Below, piece after piece: positions 1-12,447 of a stretch of 64,000 nt of DNA. Origin of the DNA: Okamejei kenojei. Taxonomy: Eukaryota. The notes below the pieces were generated by a model, which saw only the letters and a list, made by a program, of their open reading frames with translations, was not told where the DNA came from and ran no database searches. The translations under genes were made by a program, and so were the position numbers. Within the stretch, counting starts at the first letter, position 1, and each line of letters opens with the position of its first letter. The stretch spans positions 25,110,001 to 25,174,000 of the forward strand of contig CM069134.1 of NCBI GenBank assembly GCA_035221665.1, in the 5' to 3' direction.

Positions 1-1954
1 GTGGGTGCTCACAGCTGCTAGACTCTGTTGGTATATCCCTTGTGAATGTGCTCTTAAAGAAAAATAAAAAATAAAAAAAAGTGCTAAGTAACATACTAAT
101 TGTGATAAAAGTTTTTTTTTAAATACCGCAAGAAAAAAAGTACCAAATGGTGGGAGAAAAATTATTGAAACCTTCCATAGGTATTAAGTTACATTCGTCT
201 CCATTCCCTTAAACAAGTATTGTGAAAAAGAAGGAACAGTTCAACACCGGGTAATATAGAGAAAACCATCGAATATGTAGTTCTACTAAAATCTTCAACT
301 GGACAAGTATTTACTATTTACTAACAATCACTGTATTTAACTTAGCAGACAAAGCCCAGTATATTTAAGTAAGAAACTGGCTGGTTGGAAGGGGTTAACC
401 AAAATTACAATCTTGGGTGCCTGCCAACTTTTTCACTCCTTTCCATCTTAATCCCTTGTTAGTTTATCTTGAGCGTGACTGGGAATTTGTCTTCCCAAAT
501 CGATTATGCATATTTTAGTATATTAGTATAATAATCCAAAAGATTTAACTAGCAATCATAAATCTACAGCATGTTCATTATTGACAAAAAAACACAGAAA
601 ATTGAATCATTATTCGGTTATGCTAGTACTTTTTAAATCAGTATACATGAGTTAGTCCAGTTATTTATGTGTTAGTATATAATTATTCATATATTTTTAT
701 TCGTGAATTATTATATTCAGCTCCAATTATTTTAATTTTTGTGTGCTGCGTAACTCCATTTTTTTAAATCTTTCGTTCAAAAAACGTTTGTCCTTGATTT
801 TACATTCCAAAGTCGATAAGGTGTCTAGACTTCACCGCGTGTAACTTCTTCGACCATCTTATCGAGAACATTTGTGCTTATATTTATTTAAAAAGTCATA
901 TTTTCTCAGTTTCCCCTCTCCAGATATATATAAAAGTTAAACCTCCAGATAACCGTGATATTTTACTTATCCTTTAATATCCTTTGTTAGCTCGTGCGTA
1001 TTTAAATGCTTCTTCTGGATCAATAAAGAAATGCTCCAAATCATTATATGCAATCCTCATTTTTGCAGGATAGATTATCCCATATCTTAAGTTCGGAATT
1101 CCTTTCAGGATCAGTCTTGTCTATAAAAAGGGCACGTTTCTTAGCCACTGCAGCTGGGTAGTCTCTAAAGAATCGTACAATATCACCATCAAACATTCCA
1201 TTTTTGCGAATGGAATCTTTTTCATAACGTCTTCAAGAGCTGCTATGTCGTGAAGTTTCACTATAATCTGTCTTAGTGGGGCTCCTGGCCTCGAATAGAA
1301 ACATAGAAATTAAGTGCAGGAGTAGGCCATTCAATATGATCATGGCTGATCATCCAACTCAGTATCCCGTACCTGCCTTCTCTCCATACCCTCTCATCCC
1401 CTTAGCCACAAGGGCCACATCTAACTCCCTCTTAAATATAGCCAATGAACTGGCCTCAACTACCCTCTGTGGCAGAGAGTTCCAGAGACTCACCACTCTG
1501 TGTGAAAAAAGTCTTTCTCATCTCGGTCTTAAAGGATTTCCCCCTTATCCTTAAGCTGTGACCCCTTGTCCTGTACTTCCCCAACATCGGGAACAATCTT
1601 CCTGCATCTAGCCTGTCCAACCCCTTAAGAATTTTGTAAGTTTCTATAAGATCCCCTCTCAATCTCCTAAATTCTAGAGACTATAAACCGAGTCTATCCA
1701 GTCTTTCTTCATAAGACAGTCCTGACATCCCAGGAATCAGTCTGGTGAACCTTCTCTGCACTCCCTCTATGGCAATAATGTCCTTCCTCAGATTTGGAGA
1801 TCAAAACTGTATGCAATACTCCAGGTGTGGTCTCACCAAGACCCTGTACAACTGAAGTAGAACCTCCCTGCTCCTATACTCAAATCCTTTTGCTATGAAA
1901 GCTAACATACCATTCGCTTTTTTCACTGCCTGCTGCACCTGCATGCCTACTTTC

Positions 1955-4900
1955 TTGATCACTGGGACCTCTTTTGGGGAAGGCATGATCTGTACACAAA
2001 GGACGGGTTGCACTTGAGCCCGAGGGGGACCAATATCCTGGCAGGGAGATTTGCAAAGGCTACTGGGGAGACTTTAAACTAGAAAGGCTGGGGGGAGGGA
2101 CTCGGGTAGAGGGGGCTAGGGGTCAGGGTGTGGGGCAAGAGGCAGAGAAGGGAAGCACTCGGATCCAAAATGTAGGCGAGAAAGATGAAAAGGATAATAG
2201 ACCGAGAATAAGGGATGGTGGGTTTCTAAAATGTGTATATTTTAATGCTAGGAGCATTGTAAGTAAGGTGGACGAACTTAGAGCCTGGATTGACACCTGG
2301 AAATATGATGTTGTGGCAATCAGTGAAACATGGTTGCAGGAGGGCTGTGATTGGAAACTAAATATTCCAGGATTTCGTTGCTTCAGGTGTGATAGAATTG
2401 GAGGGACCAGAGGGGGAGGTGTTGCATTGCTTGTCAGAGAAGATATTATAGCACTGCTTTGGCAGGATAGATTAGAGGGCTCGTCTAGGGAGGCTATTTG
2501 GGTGGAACTGAGAAGTGGGAACGGTGTAGCAACACTTTTAGGGGTGTATTATAGACCGCCAAATGGGGAGCGTGAATTAGAAGAGCAAATATGTAAGGAG
2601 ATAGCAGATATTAGTAGTAAGCACAAGGTAGTGATTGTGGGAGATTACAATTTTCCAAAAATAGACTGGGAAACACATTCTGTAAATGGGCTGGATGGTT
2701 TGGAGTTTGTAAAATGTGTGCAGGATAGTTTTTTGCAGCAGTACATAGAGGTATCGACCAGAGAAGGGGCAGTGCTGGACCTCCTGTTAGGAAATGAGGC
2801 AGGTCAGGTGACGGAGGTATGCGTTGGTGAGCACTTCGGGACCAGTGATCACAATACCATTAGTTTCAATATAATTATGGAGAGAGTCAGAACTGGACCT
2901 AGGGTAGAGATTTCTGATTGGAGAAAGGCTAACTTTGAGGGAATGCGTAAGGATTTTAAAGGAGTGAATTGGGACACTTTGTTTCATGGGAAGGATGTAG
3001 AAGAGAAATGGTTGACATTTAAAGGGGAAATTGTAAGAGTACAGAATCTTTATGTCCCTGTTAGGTTGAAAGGAAATAGTAAAAATTGGAAAGAGCCATG
3101 GTATTCAAGGGAAATTGGACACTTGTTTCGAAAAAAGAGAGATATCTACAATAATTATAGGAGGCATGGAGTAAATGAGGTGCTAGAGGAGTATAAAGAA
3201 TGTAAAAAGAATCTTAAGAAAGAAATTAGGAAGGCTAAAAGAAGATATGAGGTTGCTTTGGCAAGAAAGCTGAAAGTAAACCCAAAGGGTTTCTACAGCT
3301 ATATTAATAGCAAAAGGATAACGAGGGATAAAATTGGACCATTAGAGAACCAGAATGGACAGCTATCTGCAGAGCCAAAAGAGATGGGGGAGATATTGAA
3401 CAATTTCTTTTCTTCGGTATTCACCAAGGAGAAGGATATTGAACTCGGTGAGTTAAGGGGAAAGAGTAGAGTAGCTATGGAAACTATGAGATTCAAAGAG
3501 GAGGAAGTACTGACACTTTTGAAAAATATAAAAGTGGATAAGTCTCCAGGTCCTGACAGGATATTCCCTAGGACATTGAGGGAAGTTAGTGTAGAAATAG
3601 CAGGAGCTATGACAGAAATATTTCAAATGTCATTAGAAACGGGAATAGTGCCGGAGGATTGGCGTACTGCGCATGTTGTTCCATTGTTTAAAAAGGGTTC
3701 AAAGAATAAACCTAGCAATTATAGACCTATTAGTTTGACGTCAGTGGTGGGCAAATTAATGGAAAGGATACTTAGAGATAATATATATAAGCATCTGGAT
3801 AAACAGGGTCTGATCAGGAACAGTCAACATGGATTTGTGCCTGGAAGGTCATGTTTGACAAACCTTCTTGAATTTTTTGAAGCGTTAACTAGGGAAATTG
3901 ATGAGGGTAAAGCAGTGGATGTTGTCTATATGGATTTCAGTAAGGCCTTTGACAAGGTTCCCCATGGAAGGTTGGTTAAGAAGGTTCAATCTTTGGGTGT
4001 TAATGGCGGAGTAGCAAGATGGATTCAACAGTGGCTGAATGGGAGATGTCAGAGAGTAATGGTGGATGGCTGTTTGTCAGGTTGGAAGCCGGTGACCAGT
4101 GGGGTGCCTCAGGGATCTGTGTTGGGTCCACTGTTGTTTGTCATGTACATCAATGATCTGGATGATGGGGTGGAAAATTGGATAAGTAAGTATGCAGATG
4201 ATACTAAGATAGGTGGTGTTGTGGATAATGAAGTAGATTTTCAAAGTCTACAGAGAGATTTGGGCCATTTGGAAAAGTGGCTGAAAGATGGCAGATGGAG
4301 TTTAATGCTGATAAGTGTGAAGTGCTACATCTTGGCAGGACAAATCAAAATAGGACGTACATGGTAAATGGTAGGGAATTGAGGAATGCTGTGGAACAGA
4401 GGGATCTAGGAATAACTGTGCATAGTTCCCTGAAGGTGGAATCGCATGTAGATTGGGTGGTAAAGAAAGCCTTTGGTGTGCTGGCCTTTATAAATCAGAG
4501 CATTGAATATAGGAGTAGGGAAGTAATGTTAAAATTGTACAAGGCATTGGTAAGACCAATTCTGGAGTATGGTGTACAATTTTGGTCGCCTAGTTATAGG
4601 AAGGATGTCAACAAAATAGAGAGAGTACAGAGGAAATTTACTAGAATGTTGCCAGGGTTCCAGCAACTATGTTACAGAGAAAGGTTGAACAAGTTAGGTC
4701 TTTATTCTTTGGAGCGCAGAAGGTTAAGGGGGGACTTGATTGAGGTCTTTAAAATGATGAAAGGGATAGACAGAGTTGACGTGGATACGTTTTTCCCATT
4801 GAGGGTAGGGAAGATTCAAACAAGAGGGCATGACATGAGAATTAAGGGACAGAGGTTTCAGGGTAACGTGAGGGGGAACTTCTTTACTCAGAGGGTGGTG

Positions 4901-5114
4901 GCTGTGTGGAATCAGCTTCCAGCAGAAGTGGTGGAGGCAGGATCGATTTTAACATTTAAGAGTAAAGTGGATAGGTATATGGACGTGAAGGGAATGGAGG
5001 GGTATGGTCTGAGTGCAGGTAGATGGGACTAGGGGAAAACAAATGGTCGGCACAGACTGGAAGGGCCGAGAGGGCCTGTTTCCGTGCTGTAATTGTTATA
5101 TGGTTATATGGTTA
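1955..5114 (+). mobile_element. Young CR1 LINE, 5'-truncated within ORF1, with near-intact ORF2
   Basis: The ORF1 esterase tail FLDHWDLFWGRHDLYTKDGLHL...LN* spans 1951-2082, followed by ORF2 and a (TATGGTTA)n tail at ~5095-5114. The target duplication TACTTTC lies at 1948-1954 and 5113-5119. Confidence 0.95.
2130..5032 (+). pseudogene. CR1 ORF2 (AP endonuclease + reverse transcriptase), one frameshift at ~4277
   Basis: APE motifs NARS, SETW, GDYN, SDH. RT motifs YRPISLTS, DFSKAFD, GVPQGSVLGP, YADD. ORFs 2130-4367 and 4277-5032 join if one G is restored in GAAAAGTGG(G)CTGAA (EKWAERWQM). Confidence 0.93.
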
Positions 5115-6076
5115 CTTTCAATGACTGGTGTGCCATGACACTCAGGTCTCGCTGCATCTCCCCTTTTCCTAATCGGCCACCATTTAGATAATAAATCGGC
5201 CACCATTTAGATAATTTAGAATGTGCCCTCTGAACTCAGTGTGCAACATCTACTTTCAGATTTTCAGACAGCTTGAATACTTGTTTAAGTAAGTTGGCAG
5301 TGAACTCCCGAGGGTCCATTCCAGTCTCCTTTCCTTCTCTCACTCCAACTATCCTTAAATTCTGCCGTCTTGACATTTGTTGGTCATTCTAGCCAGTTGC
5401 CCAGAAACTGGGTCTTGATCTTCTTTCATTCTCTTCGTCGCTTCAGACATTTCCTTCATCACAGTTTCCAGATCTTTAATAGCAGTGCTGTGTTCTGCAG
5501 AAGTAGTGATAACAGGCTCCAACTTTTCATTGTAATCTTCTTCAACCCGTTCAATTTCTGCTTTTAGCTCGGTCTCTACGTCCTCAATACGTTGCTTTAG
5601 AGTACCAATTGTCTCAATAACTTGCGTATTCCCGAGCTGCACACTTGTAGCCAGTTTGGACATCTCCTTATGTAACATATCAGCAAAGTCTTTTGACACA
5701 GCTGCTCTTAAAGACTGCTCCTGTTCTTTTACCTTTTCTTCCATTTCAGCAATGAATCTTCGACCTTCCGTTTCTTCTTCAGACCCTTCTGGAGTTATTT
5801 GTGGTGTTTTTCTCAGCTCCTTAACAAGCAATCTGGTCAGAGGTCTTGAAGTGGGTCGTTTGGGTGAGTTCCTTTTACTCATTTAAAAGTGCCGTTATTC
5901 CCCGTTATTTTGCGGCGATTTCTGTTGACTTCACTTACGCGACGTCAGGCATCCCTGGTGAGTATTTTTAGATTGGTCCCGTCTTTTTTTGAAGGCTTTT
6001 TAGCGCTTTTAGCACATTGTCAGGAATGGAGCCGAATGCTGCGCCTCTCACTGCTCCATGGCACCACCGGAAGTTC

Positions 6077-8112
6077 AGTTCCCTATTACTTTTGACCAAC
6101 TTACTCAAAGGTTCAGACAAATTTTCTTCAAAGAAACCATTGAGTTTACCCGAGGATGCAGTAAAATCCTTCAACGCCACTAAGAGGACTCTCGCCAACA
6201 CAACTATGCTGGTCCATCAGAGGCCCAATGCCTTATTTTCACTCACCACTGATGCCTCCATCAATGCCGTGGGTGCCGTCATGGAGCAGCGAGTCAACAG
6301 TAGGTGGGAGCCTCTGGCATTCTTTTCAGCAAAATTAACACCCATTCGGGCGAGGTACAGTACATTCGGATGAGAACATTTGGCTATGTACCTCGCCGTC
6401 TAGCATTTCCGGCAACAGTTGCAAGGCCGTCCCTTCATTATTTATATGGATCGCCAACCGCTGACACACACTGCTCATACAAGTGTGGGGAACTATTCAC
6501 CGGGGGGAAATCCACCACTTGGAATTTGTTCTGCAATTCTCCAGTGATATCAGACATGTTCGAGGAAAAGCAAATCCAGTTGCCAACGCCCTAAGACTGG
6601 GGGGTGGATGCGGCCACACTCATCGATTTTTATGCCATGGCTCGCGCGCAGTGTACTGATCTCGATCTTATCCATTACCAATGGACGCATACAGCCCTAA
6701 AATTGGAAGATGTACCGATCGGTGACACGAGAGATATCATAATTTGTGACAATTCCACTGACAAACCTAGGCCGTTTGTGTCTAGGAGAATGCATCGAGA
6801 AGTTTTTAACGCGCTGCATAATTTATCACATGCGGGCAAGCGGGACATTGGATTTTGGGCAAAGATTTGTCTACCGTGTCAACAATCCAAGATCTCCAGG
6901 CACACTAGGATCCCTTTCGGTTAGTTTCCCATACCCGAACACCTGTTTCGAGCACGTACACCTGGACTTGGTCGCCCCACTCCCACCATCAAGAAACTAC
7001 ACATCTACTCACTTGTGAAGACTGGTTCACAAGATGTTATCCTAGTCTTCAACATTTCAGCAGAGACAATAGCCCGCGTTTTTGTTGACCGATGGATTTT
7101 GGTCTTTGGTCTTACGATCACAGCAGGCCGAGGACCGCAATTCGAGTCTGCGCTGTTTCAAATACTAACCGATCTTTTGGGTACGAACCGGTTTCAAACG
7201 ACGGCGTATCATCCACAAGCGAGCGGCTTGATTGAACCGTTCCATCGCCAGTTGAAAGCCGTTCTGGCAGCCGGAGGAGATGCATCGTACTGGAATGAAC
7301 GGTTGCCTCTGGTTCTGCTTGGCATTCGTACGGTGGTGAAAGCAGACCTAGGATGATCGTCAGCGGAAATGGTTTATGGCACAACTCTGAAATTGCCCAG
7401 CAAATTTGTCGAACCAATTCCCACAGATCTTATGACCCAAACAGGTATGTCAATCAATTACGGCAAACTATGCAGCTACTCAGGCCAACACCGACGCAGC
7501 AAACACCTGCAATGGTCTACGTGCCTGCTGATCTCCAAAGCTGCACATGTTTTGGTCCGACACAACGCCGTCCGTCGATCTCTTCAGCAAGCATACGATG
7601 GCCCGTACCAAGTCATCCAACGCTTACCCAAGAGTTTCATAATCAATCGGAACAGAAAAACCGAGACTGTATCCGTCAACCGGTTAAAGCCAGCATTTGT
7701 TGAGAACCAACCGACTACCTCACTCACCGAGCGGGCGAAGTCACAGGACACGAACACTTCCTGTCAAAGACCTCCCACACAGCAGTACCAAATGAGATCA
7801 GGCCATAAAATCAACCCACCAGACTGGTACGGGGCAAGACAAAGCCAGGCAGTCACCACCTTGTGTGACCCGGTGGCTAAGGGGGGAGCTGTGGCAACTG
7901 CAGGCCCACGTGCTTTTTAGGTACAGCTTGGTCCCTGGAATGTAAATGTAATGCAAATGCCAGCGCCTCGAGGGCAGGAGTATGCTGGCGAGTTGGCCAG
8001 TGCCTCGTGAATGAGGTCAAATGACCTTCTAGCAGTTTCTGTTGGTTGTTGAAATAATCGCTTCTTACAAAATGTCGTCGGTGTCAGACGTGTATTCATT
8101 GTGCTAGCAACA
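6077..8112 (+). mobile_element. Ty3/Gypsy LTR retrotransposon, 3' half (decayed RNase H + integrase, PPT, 3' LTR)
   Basis: RNase H motifs LTTDAS..AVGAVMEQ..PLAFFS..RYSTF. Integrase motifs: HHCC finger (ALHNLSH..CLPCQQSK), HVHLDLV, TAYHPQASGLIE, YDGPY. Multiple stops and frameshifts. PPT AAGGGGGGAG at ~7879-7888. Confidence 0.9.
7890..8112 (+). repeat. Putative 3' LTR of the Gypsy element
   Basis: Starts TGTGGC immediately after the PPT and ends GCAACA (imperfect terminal inverted repeat). The 3' boundary is inferred. Confidence 0.6.
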
Positions 8113-9414
8113 ACCGGGTCTTACAGAAAACATTACAGTCCTAGCAACGTGAGGGTCGAGAACTGAGATTCAAACTCCGAGGTCAGAGGACGTAATGGGC
8201 TTATCTATACAAGAGGAGCTTGAGATTTATATGAAACGAGAGACAAGGTTTGGCAAAGCTTGGTATTGCTTGTCTTTTACTTTCGGTCGTGAGATTTAGT
8301 GGATTCTACAGAGGGATATGGATTATGTGCAGGGAGATGAAAGTTGGTCTTGGCATCAAAGGCACACATGCCACAAGGCTAATTGCTAAGGAGCTGCAAT
8401 TGTATGTGTCCACTGGAGTTATTTAAATGAAGTTAGACAATGCACAAGGGAGAAATTAACCTGGTTTTAACCTGTACTCTAGAAAGATGAGACACGATCT
8501 TAATTAAACATGCAAAATTCTAACACAATTTCACAAAATAGTTTACAGGAATGATGTTTCCCCAGATGAGATATCTAGAAATAAGATAGCAGAGTGCGTC
8601 AGGCTCCTTTTCTGTAGATCATGGACAGTTGACGTTTCAGTTGGGACCTTTCTTTATCAAAAGTCACCTATCCATGATCTCCAGAGGTGCTGTCTGATTG
8701 TTGAGTTATTCTAGCTTTGTGTGTCCTTTTTTGTAAACCAATATTTGCGGTTCCTTGTTTCTAAGTAAAGGGCCAACCTTTCATGATAAAAGGAAAAATG
8801 TCTTCAATTAGAAGATATCAATTTTGTTCAAAATGTTTTTGAATAATAAATTCCTCAAATCTTTGGAATGTTCACAGAGTATATTCAAGACAATTATTTT
8901 GATATTTAGGGATATGGGAACAGAACAAGAAAATTGTGCATAGGTAACTAGGACATATTAACCCTCATTTTTGCACCCTGCCTTTAAAAGCGCAAAGATG
9001 TCCTACTGCTTCGATTTCTCATGTATTTCTCATGTTTTGGACTTGTTTCATTGGTAAAGTATTAATTAACATAGCAGCAGACATGGGAAAATAGATATCT
9101 GAAAGTTTTTGTCTCTATGTAATAAAAGGGAAGAACAGAGTTGACTTAGGGAGCTGAAAAATCTATTATACTAACATTTCCTTTATAGTGTAACATCCTG
9201 GTGAATGGGTGAACTATCCTAGATATATCAGCAATAAAGAAAGGCAGGTAAATGATTTCCAAAAGCATTGTCCATTTTTGTTTACAGGAAATTTTAAATT
9301 GTGTAAATGCCCTCAAATCTTTTGATTTTCTCATATTCAAAGAAATAGCTATTGAAGGCTATTACCAAAAGAAAAATGTCAAATGTATACTGAACATTTA
9401 AAATAATTTTACAC

Positions 9415-9432
9415 TTTATTTTAAACTTTATT
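9415..9432 (-). terminator. Two tandem AATAAA polyadenylation signals, candidate GDAP1 3' end
   Basis: TTTATT at 9415-9420 and 9427-9432, about 520 nt downstream of the GDAP1 stop. Confidence 0.5.
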
Positions 9433-9944
9433 TAAGACTGGAATATCTGAAATTAAAATGGTACACCTAAAAAGGTAAAAGACAGACTAAAGAAAAATGC
9501 ATTGTTCCCACTGCTAATCATATTGTGCATAATAGACATTAAACCTACATACTCTAGCTCAGTACGATTGATGTGCAAATGACAATTACAATCAAGCAAC
9601 TACAGACTTTTAATCAACCTTTGAATCCAAGGGATTCAATTTCACTTCTGATTTATCCATTAATGTGTAATCATTCATTTGACATTGCAACAGATTAATC
9701 TATTCCCCAAATCATCTGGTGCAAAAATGTTTGAATTCTTGAAAGTTTATAATTGCATTGCATTGTGCAGATTCCACATTTCACAAACGTACTCTTTAAA
9801 AGTAATTAAACTAAATGACAGTAACTACATTACATAAAACATGTAACTTCAATGTTATTTTTTTAACATATATCTCAATTTGCTAAGAATCATGATTGCT
9901 GTATCACAGCTCAGCAAATAACATTAAATGCATATTGAGAAAAC

Positions 9945-10288
9945 CTATGATAATCTCTTTTTTAGGAACAAGAAAGCTAAATAACCTATTCCTCCCAACA
10001 GACTTACTATAAAACTAGCTCCCAGAAAAGAAGGAGCACGTTTTTTAGCAACTCGAAATGCAGTAGGCAGTACAGCTGATATTAAAATGTTGTTCACATT
10101 TCCCAAGACCTTTCGAAAAGTCCTTTGTTGCAACACACGTTCATAGTACGATTCTAAATTTGGTCGTTTTCCATTTCCCCAATATTTTCTGGCAAGTCCA
10201 AGGAATTTCAGGCGATGTAATGTTACACTGAGTGATACATCTGCAAGTGTAAAAGACTCACTACAGAGCCATGGCTGATGTCCTTCTT
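9945..10288 (-). CDS. GDAP1: GDAP1 coding exon 6 (end of GST-C domain, hydrophobic domain, tail anchor, TAG stop)
   Basis: EEGHQPWLCSESFTLADVSLSVTLHRLKFLG...NNILISAVLPTAFRVAKKRAP...LKKRLS*. The acceptor is tttctcttgcgcag and the phase matches exon 5. Confidence 0.97.
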
Positions 10289-11937
10289 CTGCGCAAGAGA
10301 AATAAATCACATCAACAATTCCAGTTAAATACATAGCACGTTTTATACTCAAGACTTTTCTACAATTACAAGACAAGTTATTTTATTACTTAACTAGTGC
10401 ATATGTTCCTGCCAATAAAAATGCAGCAATAAAGCAAAGATTCCAGACTTCCTACATCAGCTGGGAAATATAGTGCAAATCATTTAACAAATGCCAATGT
10501 TGATTTGTTAAAAATATCGACTAACATCTGGTTGGACGCAAGTACTAATGTTATTTTTTTCTCCCTGTTCTCAATGGAGCATGGAGCAAAATAAACAAAC
10601 TTTCACTCGGTAACGTAATCGCAAGTTCCAGGATAACCTGCAGGTCTATCCCTTGTTTCTCAAACTCCCCACAAAAAACTAACATTTAATACATTTAAAC
10701 TTCCAACCCACAGGATAGTCATTTGATTTGCACAAGCTACACCATTTCAACACAAAAGCAATTCAGTTAGCCACACTTCACCACCCTCCTTGTACAAGCA
10801 ACCCCTGCATTACAGCCATTCATGTAATGGAAATTCACCATTCTCAGTCACAAACCACTAACCAAAAATTTGAAATGGAAAATATAATCCACTCTGTGAA
10901 TGAAAATAAATAAATAATGTTGTTTTCAACTCACTTTTTGATGCATTCACAGATGATACATCTATATGTTATGGAAAACCCCATAGTTTTCCAGAAATGT
11001 GACCACACTTCTTAAAATGCATGGGTCACCTGTCAAAATTATTTTTATTTCAGTTATATATCCAGTTCCCTTTGAATGCCATGATCAAATCTGCTCTCCT
11101 GCTGCTCAATATTGCATTCCAGACCCATACTACTACATGTGATTTTTTTAGTCATTTTTATTTCATTATCCAATCATCTTCATTTGTGAACGATTTGTCA
11201 TTTTGAACAGTTGCTCTCTATACCCATTCAAAACCTCAATTTGAGTAACTAAAACCCCTTGCTCTTGTAATAGCAGAGATTATGGTCTCACTGATAATAG
11301 AGGCTGGCCTCATAATTTAAAGGGACTGAGTTACATCCCATAAAAGGTAATTAGTTTAATTTTAAGTAATTGGCAATAAAAATATTGATAGGCTGAATTC
11401 GCCTTTCAAGTCAATCAGGTCAAAAGTCGCTTAAAAGGGGCAAGTATGGCCATGCCACAACCCCATGAAAATGTAAAGTTCCTCACTTCAAGATCTGAGA
11501 TATAAAAGAAATTTTATTGGCTTTGGTTATCCATGCTGGAATGGAAATGTGTTTATACGCCTGCTTGTCACCTACTAACATCTGTTGAACATATTTAGAT
11601 GTGGACAGTGTACAAGAATGAGAGACTGATGTTCCTCATTGTTCAGGTTCCTACAGATATTCACTCTGAGTCACAGAAAAAATACAAAATGGAGGCAGGC
11701 CCTTCAGTCCACCAGATTTGCATTCATCAATCACCCATTTACTCTAATCCTTTTTTAAAATTATTTTCCTACATTCTTGTCAACTCGTCCCAGATTCTAC
11801 CATGCATCTACACAAGCAGGACTATTTAGTGGTCAATTAACTTGGCAATAAATACATCTTTGGGATGTGGGATGAAGTAGGAGAACCTCGAAGAACACAG
11901 GGAAAATGTGCAAATTCAATACACAAACAGCACCTAA

Positions 11938-12447
11938 AGGGGCTGTCCCACTTGGGCGACCTAATTGGCTAGTTTAAGAAAGTTTGCAAAAAATGTCATG
12001 TTGAAGACCTCCTTCGACTATGTAGAAGATGACCTCCTTCGCCCATGTTGAAAACCAGCTTTGACTAGCTACAACTAACCGGGAAAATTGGACAACGAAT
12101 AGTGGAGAGTGAAGACGACCTCCTTCGATCTCTTTCGACCTCCGTTCGACTATCTACGACTGCCTTTGACTACCCTCGATTATCTACGACTAACATGCTG
12201 ACCTACTGCGACTAAACATACGAGTAAAAAAAGTATTGATTTTGTCCATGGCGACCTTTTTTTACTCGCGAGCATTTTTCAACATGTTGAAAAATACGCC
12301 GCAACCTAGCTGAGGCCTCGAGTACACGGAGTATGAAGGAGAGTTACAAAGACCTCCTACGACCTCGCGTCGACCATGCTGCGAGTATGAGTCGAGGGCA
12401 AACTCACCAGAACTCATGGATTAGGTCGCCCAAGTGGGACAGCCGCT
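11938..12447. mobile_element. PIF/Harbinger-type MITE inserted in a SINE
   Basis: TIRs AGGGGCTGTCCCACTTGGGCGACCTAAT / ATTAGGTCGCCCAAGTGGGACAGCCGCT. TAA duplication at 11935-11937 and 12448-12450. The flanks look like halves of one SINE (~11820-12520). Confidence 0.85.

Larger units (their letters stand above)
1294..5215 (-). mobile_element. 5'-truncated CR1 LINE (host of the plus-strand CR1); pieces 1294-1954 and 5113-5215
   Basis: Minus-strand ORFs VKKANGMLAFI...LVRPHLEYCIQF and RGDLIETYKILKG...RTRGHSLRI match the CR1 ORF2 C-terminus. There is a TTTCTATG-type tail near 1295, and the sequence continues seamlessly after 5119. Confidence 0.9.
974..6076 (-). mobile_element. L1/Tx1-like LINE, 5' UTR + ORF1 (degenerate), split by CR1 insertions at ~1294-5215; element probably continues below 974
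   Basis: The minus strand gives a coiled-coil ORF (5882-5355), then SRRQNLRIVGVREG...DVAH (~5370-5230). It resumes below 1293 as RPGAPLRQIIVKLH...FFRDYPAAVAKKR...YGIIYPAKMRI..., ending at TAA 974-976. These are L1 ORF1 motifs. The 5' end reads GAACTTCCGGTGGTGCCATGG from ~6076. Confidence 0.8.

Noticed and set aside
9621-9639. 8-bp hairpin TTGAATCC-AAG-GGATTCAA in the GDAP1 3' UTR
   Set aside because: Too short to distinguish from chance, and the loop does not match an element I can name.
12010-12215. Repeated GACCTCCTTCGAC / CTACGACT units resembling a CRISPR-like array
   Set aside because: Irregular short subterminal repeats inside a Harbinger-type MITE in vertebrate DNA, with no constant repeat-spacer period.
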